Origin: Prorocentrum cordatum
Taxonomy: Eukaryota
Length of the DNA stretch: 54,984 bases
Assembly: GCA_963575745.1 (NCBI GenBank)
Contig: CAUYUJ010000194.1
Location: 62,001-116,984 of the forward strand
Direction of reading: 5' to 3'
This document shows positions 1 to 10,110 of the stretch, in pieces; the first letter of the stretch is position 1, and every line of letters begins with the position of its first letter. The notes below the pieces were generated by a model. That model was not told the origin of the DNA, did no database searches, and was given only the letters and a program-made list of their open reading frames with translations. A program made the position numbers and the translations under genes.

Positions 1-51
1 AACCCGCGGTAAACCGTCAACCAGGTTACCGCCGGGAGCCTCGTAGAGCTC
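1..51 (-). repeat. Terminal stem-loop plus subterminal IR of a type-B Helentron-like element, cut by the window edge
   Basis: gcggtaaaccgtcaaccaggttaccgccgggagcctcgtagagctc. Confidence 0.75.
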
Positions 52-1370
52 TGCATAGACCAGCTTGGTTCCGAGATAACGCAGAATAATAGCTTCAAAC
101 ATAAAGACACTGTTTTTTTGGTCGTACACAATGGTGGTTCCCCCTAGTCTTTTAATCGAAATAATGCAGCTAGGGCCCTGAGAATTGCACTATCGAAAGC
201 GCCATGATTCACTGCATAGAATAAAAATTCAAATTCGCAAAACGAATTTCAAAATCTCTCGCCATCTTCGAATCTTTCATGGTAGCGTTCAAAACCCGGA
301 GAGCGAAGACACCCTCGGAAACGGGAATCTTTCCTGCAGAGTCTTGGGGGGCCCCCCTACAGCGCTGCTGAAGCGCTGCCAGGATTGCTTCCATGCATGC
401 CTGCAGGCGTGCAGGCACGCTTGGAAGCTTACCGGAAGCTCTCCCGGACCCGTTGCCGGGTCGCCGGAGTTTCTGCGGGGAACGTGGAGCGCCGTGGAGG
501 AGCTCCTGGCAGGCACCACCACCGTCCGGCTTCTAATCTTAAACCCTTTAGCTCTCAGCGAGCTCTCCGGGAACTGGGCGCCGGCGGTAAACCGTCAACC
601 TTCCTTACCGCCGGGGGACTCGTAGAGCTTCCTGATAATATATAATGTGGAAAAAATGCAGAGAACGAATAGTTTTTCAGCCCAAGCGATTTCAGACCTC
701 TCGATGCAACAGCCGAACGCCCCCGATGCTTCTGGATTGTCTTCTTTGCGAGCTCTGTAGCTCTCCTACAGCCCGAGGTACGTGCGTAAATCGACAGCAC
801 CTCTCAAAGATGACTCTAACAAAACGAACAGTTTGGCAACCCAGCTCGAGTATCAAACCGAGTTCAGACCTCTGAATGCGACAGGCGGACGCGTCTGATG
901 TCTGCGAATCGATTCCTGTGATTACCAGCCCTGCAGCCCCCCGACAGCCCGAGCTAAGTGCAGAAAACCGACAGCACCTCTCAGGATGACTCGAACAATA
1001 CAATAGTTTCGCGGACCTAGTTCGGGCAGCAGACCGAGTTCCCGGCTCTGGATTCGACAAGCGGACGCGCCTGATGTCTTCAAATCGATTCCTGTGACCA
1101 CCAGCACTGTAGCCCCCCCAGCCCGAGTTGAATGCAGAAAACCGAGAGCACTTCTCAAGATGACTCGAACAATACGAATAGTTTCGCGATTCTAGATCGG
1201 GCAGCAGACCGAGTTCAGAGCTCTAGATTCAACAAAAAAATGCGACTGGTGATTCTGAATCGGTTTCTGTAAGTATTAGCTCTGTAGCTGTCGTATAGCT
1301 CGAGTTAATTACAGAAAACCGAGAGCGTCTGTCAAGATGACTCGAATAATACGAATAGGTTTGCAGACCT

Positions 1371-1923
1371 GAAAAAAACGAATCACGCAAGCACGTGTAG
1401 CACTCATGTGAAGAAGTTTTTCGATCATAACTTCTTCAATAGCCAGCTCTGAACACTCTTCCGCCACAAGTAGACGCACATCATCATTCTCAAACGATTT
1501 GGTTTGCTTGCCATCTCTGTAGCTTGCCTACAGCTCGAGTTAAGTTTAAAAAACCGAATCACGCAAGCACGTGTAGCACTCATGTGAAGGAGTTTTTCGA
1601 TCATAACTTCTTCCATGACCAGTTCTGAACACTCTCCCGCCACATGTAGACGCGCATTATCATTATACATCGATTTGGTGTGCTTGCTATCTCTGTAGCT
1701 GGCCTACAGCTCGGGTTAAGTTGAGGAACCGAATCACGCAAGCACGGTTAGCACTCATGTGAAGAAGTTTTTCGATCATAACTTCTTCAATGGCCAGCTC
1801 TGAACACTCTCCCGCCACATTTAGACGCGCATCATCATTCTACATCGATTTGGTGTGCTTGCCATCTCTGTGGCTGGCCTACAGCTAGAGTTAAGTTGTT
1901 TTTTAATTTTATTTTTTTTTTTG

Positions 1924-2005
<82 letters not shown>

Positions 2006-2350
2006 GAATCACGCAAGCACGTGTAGCACTCATGTGAAGAAGTTGTTCGATCATAACTTCTTCAATAGCCAGCTCTGAACACTCTTCCGCCACATGTAGA
2101 CGCACATCATCATTCTGAATCGATTTGCTGTGCTTTCCATCCCTGTAGCTTGCCTACAGCTCAAGTTAAGTGGAGAAAAACCGAACCACGCAAGCAAGTG
2201 TAGCACTCATGTGAAGAAGTTGTTCGATGATAAATTCTTACATAGCCAGCTCTGAACACTCTCCTGCCACATGTAGACGCGCATCATGATTCTGAATCCG
2301 AAAGCTGTACTTGTCATCTCTGTAGCTTCCCTACAGCCCGAGTTAAGTTC
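1371..2350. repeat. Variant ~176-bp tandem repeat, about 5 copies
   Basis: gaatcacgcaagcac recurs at 1380, 1556, 1731, 2006 and (variant) 2183. Shares the ctgtagct..cctacagctcgagttaag half with the 178-bp repeat. Confidence 0.9.
1924..2004 (+). repeat. Poly(A) run (81 nt) preceded by a T-rich tract
   Basis: Replaces the short A-run before cgaatcacgc in one monomer. May be a sequencing or assembly artefact. Confidence 0.85.
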
Positions 2351-2603
2351 AGAAAACCGACGACACCTGCCAACATGGCACTCAGCAGTCGATCCCGCCA
2401 TGACGCTTTTCGATAGTAATGCCCACCCGATCGAGCTGATATCAAGATGGCGAGCCGCAGTAAGATCATAGATCACGGGAAAAAAATACTAGAGCTCTAA
2501 CGAATGGTCAGATTTCGAGAACATAAATTTCAACCGAGCCAAAGTTGTGAAAAGTTCAGTCGAGATTTTTCGAGCCAACTAGCCTGCCAGCGTTTTCGAA
2601 TTA

Positions 2604-3649
2604 CTGGGCGCCGGCGGTAAACCGTCAACCTTGGTTACCGCCGGGAGACTCGTAGAGCTTCCTAGCTCGACTTAAGTTGAGAAAACCGACAGCACCTACC
2701 AACATTCCGACTTATAGTGAATATTTTTTGACCTCTCAATGCGACAGGCGGACGCGTCTGATGTCTGCGAATCGACTCCTGTCATTACCAGCCCCGCAGC
2801 CCCTCTCAGCCCGAGTTAAGTGCAGAAAACCGACAGCACCTCTCAGGATGACTCGAACAATACGAATAGTTTCGCGGACCTAGTTCGGGCAGCAGACAGA
2901 GTTCAGAGCTCTGGATTCGACAGGCGGACGCGCCTGATGTCTTCAAATCGATTCCTGTGACCACCAGCACTGTAGCCCCCCCCTCAGCGCGAGTTCAGTG
3001 AAGAAAACCGAGAGCACTTCTCAAGATGACTCGACCAATACGAATAGTTTCGCGATTCTAGATCGGGCAGCAGACCGAGTTCAGAGCACTGGATTCGACA
3101 GACAAACGCAACTGATGATTCTGAATCAGTTTCTGTAAATATCAGCTCTGTAGCTGTCCTACAGCTCGAGTTAAGTACAGAAAACCGAGAGTTCCTGTCA
3201 ATATTACTCGAATAATACGAATAGGTCTGCGGACCAAGCTCGGCTAAAAGACCGAGTTCAGACATCTGGATTCAACAGGCGAACGCGCCTAATCGTTGTA
3301 CATCGATTGGCTGTGCTTACCAGCTGTAGCTGTCCTAAAGCTCGAGTTATGTTCAGAAAACCGTCAGCGCGTAGCAAGATGACTCAAAACGGCCGATCCC
3401 GCCATGACGCTTTTCGATAGTAATACCCACCCGATCGAGCTGATATCAAGATGGCGAGCCGCAGTAAGATCATATATCACGGGAAACATACTAGAGCTCT
3501 AACGAATGGTCAGATTTCGAGAACATAATTTTCAACCGAGCCAAAGTTGTGAAAAGTTCAGTCGAGATTTTTCGAGCCAACTAGCCTGCCAGCGTTTTCG
3601 AATTACTCTTAAACTTCGCCGCTGCGCTCTCAGGGAAGCTCTACGAGTC
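2604..3649 (-). mobile_element. Complete Helentron-like element (type A)
   Basis: Hairpin and gactcgtagagcttcc at left, 178-bp repeats, conserved AT-rich tail, ggaagctctacgagtc at right, flanked by A on both sides. Confidence 0.75.
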
Positions 3650-3650
3650 A

Positions 3651-4700
3651 CTGGGCGCCGGCGGTAAACCGTCAACCTTGGTTACCGCCGGGAGACTCGT
3701 AGAGCTTCCTAGCTCGCCTTAAGTTGAGAAAAACCGACAGCACCTACCAACATTCCGGATTATAGTGAATATTTTTTTACCTGTGAATGCGACAGGCGGG
3801 CGCGTCTGATGTCTGCGAATCGACTTCTGTCATTACCAGCCCTGCAGCCCCCCCACAGCCCGAGTTAAGTGCAGAGGCCCGACAGCACCTCTCAGGATGA
3901 CTCGAAGAATATAATAGTTTTGCATACCTGATTCGGGCAGCAGACCGAGTTCTGAGCTCTGAATTCGACAGGCGGACGCGCCTGATGTCTTCAAATCGAT
4001 TCCTGTGACAACAAGCACTGTAGCCCCCCCTCAGCGCGAGTTCAGTGAAGAAAACCGAGAGCACTTCTCAAGATGACTCGACCAATACGAATAATTTCGC
4101 GATTCTAGATCAGACAGCATACCGAGTTCAGAGCTCTGGATTCGACAGACAAACACAAGTGATGATTCTGCATCGTTTTCTGTAAATATGAGCTGTGTAG
4201 CTGTCCTACAGCTCGAGTTAAGTACAGAAAACCGAGAGTTCCTGTCAAGATGACTCGAATAATACGAATAGGTTTACGGACCTAGCTCGGCTAAAAGACC
4301 GAGTTCGGAGCTCTGGATTCAACAGGCGAACGCGCCTAATCATTCTACATCGATTAGCTGTGCTTACCAGCTCTGTAGCTGTCCTAAAGCTCGAGTTATG
4401 TTCAGAAAACTGTCAACGCGTATCAATATGACTCAAAACGGCCGATCCCGCCACAGTGCTTTTCGATAGTAATATTCACCCGATCGAGCTGAGATCAAGA
4501 TGGCGAGCGGGAATAAGATCGAATATCACGGGAAAAAATACTAGAGCTCAAACGAATTGTTGAATTTCGAGAACAAAATTTTCAACCGACCCAAAGTCAG
4601 CAAAAGTTCCGTCGAGATTTTTCGAGCCAACTAGCTCTCCAGCGCGCCGGAATTACTCTTAGCTTCCAGCAATAACTTGCTAAGGGAAGCTCTACGAGTT
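3651..4700 (-). mobile_element. Complete Helentron-like element (type A), head-to-tail with the previous copy
   Basis: Both ends present. A single A at 3650 separates it from 2604..3649. Confidence 0.75.
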
Positions 4701-4933
4701 ACTCTTAAGCTTCGCCGCTGCGCTCTCAGGGAAGCTCTACGAGTCACTTGCCAGCGTCCAAAGCCCGGAGAGCGAGATGACCTTTGGGGTCGGGAGATCT
4801 TTCCTAGAGAGCTCCCTGGGGCCCTCTTGAAGCGCTTCGAAGGCACTGCCAGGCACGCCCCCGTGCGTGCCTGCACGCGTGCCAGCACACGTGGATGCGT
4901 GCCTTCCTGCAACTGGGCGCCGGCGGTAAACCG

Positions 4934-7712
4934 TCAACCTTGGTTTTTGTTTGTTTGGACTCGCGTTCCCAGCTGAGTGCAGCTGGGCGAGGACCGGTCC
5001 CGCAGAAGCACACGGGCAGCGCTGAGCAGCGCTTCGGCTGCCGACAATTCACATTCTGTGACTGTAGCTCCTTCGAGGAGCCACGCGGCCTCGGCCAAAT
5101 CGCTCCAAACGAGGGACACGGCACTAGAAACAGCAAGCTCATGCCCAGCAGGGAAGGGGCCCACGGTTCTCGCGGAAGCGATGCCTATCTCACTGGGATT
5201 GCACTGAGTATTGATTAAGCCGATCTGAAGCCAGAAACCACATCCTGATCCTTGCTGGTCAACCCCGCCATCAAAGCCTCCCCTGATAGCGAACGGTAAG
5301 AGATAAGTTTCGAATGGATATAGATAACAATGAGTTCTGTAGAATGTGCGGCCACATCTGGCCTCATGCGTCAATTCATCCGCTCGTGTATTGTCCTCCC
5401 TGAATTCATGTCTCCATATCTCACGTCCCAAGGCAGCAGGCCTCAGATTGAAACACGCAGCGAGCTCAAAGGTACAATCAATCATGGCAGCTGTCCTCTT
5501 GCAGTAGCCACGATTCTCACATCTCCATTTCCCCTGTAGCCAGGAGCAGATAAGTAATGAGTCACCCTTGAACTCAGCAGCAAAACCCTCTGAGGATATA
5601 TCCCACACAGTCGCACGTTCCTGGATCATAGCATAACGTATTGCAAGCTTGGCGGACTCTTTGGGGTCGTACTTGGGGTGCAGAGGGTTGGTCGCGATGT
5701 CGACCGCCTCAGTATCGGCCTTCTCTCGAGCCTCAGGGGAGCCTCGAGGTCCATTAGGAGAGCCCTTCCAAGACACCACAAAGTAATCATAGACCTTAGT
5801 TTTGTTGTATTGTGTAAGGAGTTGCTTCCATACCTCCAAGAACTGAACCCAATCGCCCCGTACAGACTCCCACCACTTTTCCCCAAAGAACTGAATGTAG
5901 GGGAACTGCCAAGACCGACCGCCCACAGACACAGGGCCTCCACGAAGCCGCTTGCCCGAACTAGATAAGGCCCTGTTGCCGTGTTGTCGTAGAACCTCTG
6001 TTATTGTGTCGCGAGCCGTGACCCAGCCAACATTGCACATCATAAGCGCACGTCGGGAGTCTCGAAAGGCCCTCCTCCCCTTTGAGACGGCAAGTGGCTC
6101 GTCTCTGAGAGTGTGGGCAGCTCCCTCTCCAGAGGGCATCGGCTGTGAGCGGGCAATGGAACAGGCGACCTGCGAGCAAAGATCCTCCAGCCGCCTCTCC
6201 ATATCCGTAATCCTCCCCTCCACCTCCGTCACAGTCGCTGCAGGTACATCCTCCCCCCGTCCATCCGTAAAGCGAACACGTTTAGCACGTTGAGTCGTTG
6301 ATCCCTCCACCTCAACCTCCGTCCTTGCCGTCCTGTCCTCCTCCAAAGATAGTAAATATTGCCTCGTGGAGCGCATCATGCCCCAGCTCTTCCAACACAG
6401 CATCTGCACAGCCGACGGGAAACCCCCATCGCAGAAGATTGTCCTGACTCGTGTCAGTGCAGCTGGCCGCCATACCTCCCACCCCACATCTCCTGGCTTC
6501 CTCCTCCCTGACATTCTCAGAAGACACATACCCTCGAACGCATGGATAACCCTCACACACTCACTGTCAATCGTGATGGCCTCTGCTGCATATAAAAGAC
6601 GGCTCTGCACAGTCGATTGATATCGACGAAACTTCTTCACCAGAGGCAGCGCCCTGCACGTAAAGTACTGCACCTGCGCAAAGAATGCCCTTCGGGCCTG
6701 CTGGACGCGCTCCTGCACATCCGCGTGGATAGAAGTGAAACTTCTGGGAATCTGATACCCCAGCACATTCAAACTCTCAACATGCTTGAAAGGAACAATC
6801 CGCGAGCCAATCTGAACCGTGACCGTATCAGTGTACTGAGTACCACACACCATCATCTCTAGACTCTCCTCCTTCCACTCCATCCCCCAATCCCTGAGAG
6901 CAGTAGTGAAGGCAGTGGCCGCTACCTGCGCCTCCGATGCTGATTTGGCGGCCAGAAAAATATTGTCAGCCCAGAGAGCATGATTCCAACGTGCATACCG
7001 ACAATGATCATCATGGCATGGCATCTCGACTCCGACACCGCGCTGATCCAGGCGAGCAATCACATCACGCCACATAGCAATAGTGACAATAGTAAACGCG
7101 ATAGGTGATTCGGTACCCCCAGTACGGAGCGACCGATCCCACTGCACATTGGGGATTGTCACTCCTTCAAACAGCACCGTGCATGAAGTAGATGAGAGAG
7201 GCTCCAATAACGCATACTGTAACCGTGCACTGATCCCAAGGGCCGTCATCGCTCTCGACTGTCGGCAACGTCACAGCATCAAACGCCCGCTCGATGTCAC
7301 AGCTGAGGAGCCACGCCGTTTGATCTCGCCCCCATGTGGAAGCATGTTGTGCAATACATTTCATGGCCGATGAAATCTCCCAGCAACGTCGTCCGCTGGT
7401 AAAACCGTAAACCGCCATATCACTCATGAAGGGTTCCACACATCGTTCCAGTAAAATCGTCACACACGTGAGATACCATTTGGCCAAGGTATTTCCGACA
7501 AGCAGGTTCCTTGTTTGTCGCAGTGTTTCCAGTTTGCTCGTTTTCGGCATAAGTGTTAGGTATACTTCCTGCCATTCCCTTGGCGTCGGGCGAAGCCCGT
7601 TGAATATATCAGAGAAAACCTTACCAATAGAACGCACTGACCTCCACGAAAGAGACTTGAGAAGTTCAACCGAGATGCCGTCGGGCCCACAGGCCCGTCC
7701 TGTTCGGAGCCT
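4934..7712 (-). pseudogene. ORF2 remnant of LINE copy A (RT plus permuted RNase H-like), 5'-truncated and frameshifted
   Basis: ORF 7167..7787 gives GPDG, YGF, CDIERAFD. ORF 4934..7249 continues with RTGG, LWADN, GDS, FDGG. Frame switch near 7250-7260 in a GAGA tract. Residues beyond 7712 are read from flanking repeat, and the stop codon is supplied by the target. Confidence 0.85.
4944..7712 (-). mobile_element. Non-LTR retrotransposon copy A, 5'-truncated within RT, inserted in the terminal hairpin of a Helentron-like element
   Basis: Left junction ccgtcaaccttgg|tttttgtttgttt (short A-rich tail on minus strand). Right junction joins ggggaactcgtagagcttcc at 7713 with target accgcc missing. 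Encodes RT motifs and an RNase H-like C-terminus. Confidence 0.92.
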
Positions 7713-9000
7713 GGGGAACTCGTAGAGCTTCCTGACAGTATATAGTATGGAAGGAAAATCCAGAAAACGACTAGTTTCTGAGCTCAAGCGATTTCAGACC
7801 TCTCAAGATGACTAACAAAAAAACAGTTTGCCAACCCAGCTCGAGTATCAAACCGAGTTCAGACCTCTGAATGCAACAGGCGGACGCGTGAAATGTCCGC
7901 GAATCGACTCCTGTGACTGGCCCTGCAGCCCCCCTACCGCCCGAGTTAAGTGCAGAAAACCGACAGCATGACTCGAATAATACAATAGTTTCGCGAACCT
8001 AGTTCGAACAACAGACCGAGTTCCGAGCTCTGGATTCGACAGACGGACATTGCTGATGTCTCTGAATCGATTTATGTCACCAGCAGCACTGTAGCCCTCC
8101 CCAAGCACGAGTTAAGTACAGAAAACCGAGAGCACTTCTCAAGATGACCCGAACAATACGAATAGTTTCGCAGACCTAGCGCGGGCAGCAGGCCGAGTTC
8201 AGAGCTCTCGATTCAAGAGACGAACGCGCCTAAAGATTCCCAATCGATTTCTGTGACTATGAGCTCTGCAGCTGCCCTACAGCTCGAGAAAAGTACAGAA
8301 AACCGAGAGCGTCTGCTACAATGACTCGACTAATACGAATAGGTTTGCGGACCTACCCCGGCTACCAGACCGAGTTCAGACCTCTGGGTTCAACAGGCGA
8401 AGGCGCCTAATCATTCTACATCGATTAGCTGTGCTTACCAGCTCTGTAGCTGCCCTAAAGCTCGAGTTATGTTCAAAAAACCGTCAGCACGTATCAAGAT
8501 GACTCGAAACGGCCGATCCCGCCACAGTGCTTTTCGATAGTAATATTCACCCGATCGAGCTGAGATCAAGATGGCGAGCGGGAATAAGATCGAATGTCAC
8601 GGGAAAAAATACTAGAGCTCTAACGAATTGTCAAATTTCGAGAACAAAATTTTCAACCGACCAAAAGTTATGAAAAGTTCAGTCGAAATTTTTCGAGCCA
8701 ACTAGCCTGCCAGCGTTTTCCAATTACTCTTAAGCTTCGCCGCTGCGCTCTCAGGGAAGCTCTACGAGTCATGCTCTGTGGCACCCTCCCGGGACGCTTG
8801 CAGAGCTCTGTCAACCCTTTCTGAAGCGATCCTGCATTGCTGCGGACCCGCTGCCGGGTCGGGCAATTTCAAAATCTCTCGCCATCTTCGAAAAACCAAC
8901 CCCAGGTCATCACATTGTCCGCCCGGGCCGGGTTGGCCAACTAGCTGCACCCCGCGCCGGAATTCCTCTAGCTCATCGATGCCGAAGAGCTCTACGAGGT

Positions 9001-9865
9001 AAACTCCAAGAGCGAAAACACCCTCTGGAACTGGAAATCTTGTCTCGGGATGTCTGGGGGGCCCCCCTGCAGCGCTGCTGAAGCGCTGCCAGGAACGCTT
9101 CCATGCGCGCCTGCACGCCTGCAGGCACGCGTGGACGCTTGCCGGAAGCTCTCCCGGACACGTCGCCGGGCCGGGCGAGGCGCTGCGAGGCGCGTGGACT
9201 GCCGTGGAAATACTTGTAAGCTTCCAGCAATAACATGCTACGGGAAGCTCTGCGAGTTATTTGTTCTGGCGGTCCTTCGGGCGCTCTCGTGAGGCGCTAC
9301 TGGGGTTCTGGGGGGTTCCCCGGCAGCGCTTCTGAAGCGCTGCCAGGAACGTTTCCGCGCGTGCCTGCACGCACGCGTGCAGGCACGCGTGGAATCTTGC
9401 TGGAAGCTCTTCCCGACCCGCTGCGACGTTTTAGCTCCCTCCGGGGATTCTGGACCGGCGAAGATGGGCTGCTGGCGGGCACCACCACCGTCCGGCTTCT
9501 AATCTTAAACCCTCTAGCTCTCAGAGAGCTCTCCGGGAATATCTTTCAAATATTCGCAAAACCACCAAAAGCTGTCACATTGGCCGCCTCGGCCGGGTGG
9601 GCCAACTAGCTCCACCCCGCGCCGGAATTCCTCTAGCTCATCGATACCGAAGAGCTCTACGAGGCACGTGGAAGCTTGCCGGAAGCTCTTCCGGACCCGT
9701 TGCTGGGTTGGGCGAGGCGCCGCGGAGAACGTGGACCGCCGTGTAGGAGCCCCTGACGGCACAACCACCGTCCGGCTTCTAATCTTAAGCGCTCTAGCCC
9801 TCAGCGAGCTCCCCGGGAAAAACCCGGAGAGAGAAGAGGTCCTTCGGGGGCGGGAAAACGGGAAA
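9001..9865. repeat. GC-rich palindrome-containing repeat fragments interleaved with stacked element ends
   Basis: cagcgcttctgaagcgctg, gcctgcacgc..gcgtgcaggc and caccaccaccgtccggcttctaatcttaa motifs, also at ~300-572, 4750-4912, 46425-47700 and 53860-54800. Confidence 0.8.
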
Positions 9866-9886
9866 CTGGGCGCCGGCGGTAAACTG

Positions 9887-9898
9887 TCAACCTTGGTT
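9887..9898 (+). repeat. Target-site duplication of LINE copy B, left copy
   Basis: tcaaccttggtt, repeated at 14953-14964; present once in uninterrupted hairpins. The last TT is ambiguous with the tail. Confidence 0.85.
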
Positions 9899-10110
9899 TT
9901 TCGTTTCGCGGACACACGGGCCCTAAGGCCCCGTCCAGTCCGAGGCGGGCGGGCACGCCAAACGCGGGCCACCGAGCGGCTAAGGCGAAAGCCTCACCAC
10001 GCCAAGCACGTGGGGGGCGGCTTAGGCGGTAGCCTCTGGCAGCTCTTATAAGGAGTGCGTACATCAACACAGTGTGTGCACGCATGAAGGCAACACACAA
10101 AAGAGAATCA

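Larger units (their letters stand above)
574..4745 (-). mobile_element. Helentron-like non-autonomous element (type A) containing two nested copies
   Basis: Starts ctgggcgcc-hairpin-actcgtagagcttcc. Interrupted at ttcgaatta|2604 and resumes at 4701 actcttaagc..ggaagctctacgagtc. Strand is assigned by Helentron convention (stem-loop end = 3'). Confidence 0.7.
4913..8770 (-). mobile_element. Helentron-like element (type A) with LINE copy A in its hairpin
   Basis: Left hairpin arm 4913-4943, body resumes at 7713, ends ggaagctctacgagtc at 8770. Confidence 0.72.

Noticed and set aside
574..632. Hairpin as a tRNA, snRNA, SL RNA gene or rho-independent terminator
   Set aside because: No cloverleaf, Sm site, SL exon or U-tract recognised. 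It behaves as a transposon terminus. An Rfam search was not run.
1821..2105. Poly-Lys / poly-Phe ORFs
   Set aside because: Produced by the 81-nt homopolymer, which has no associated retro-insert or TSD and may be an artefact.
7245..7265. Programmed frameshift in LINE copy A
   Set aside because: Copies B and D are continuous here, and the shift sits in a GAGA tract of a truncated copy, so decay or sequencing error is more likely.
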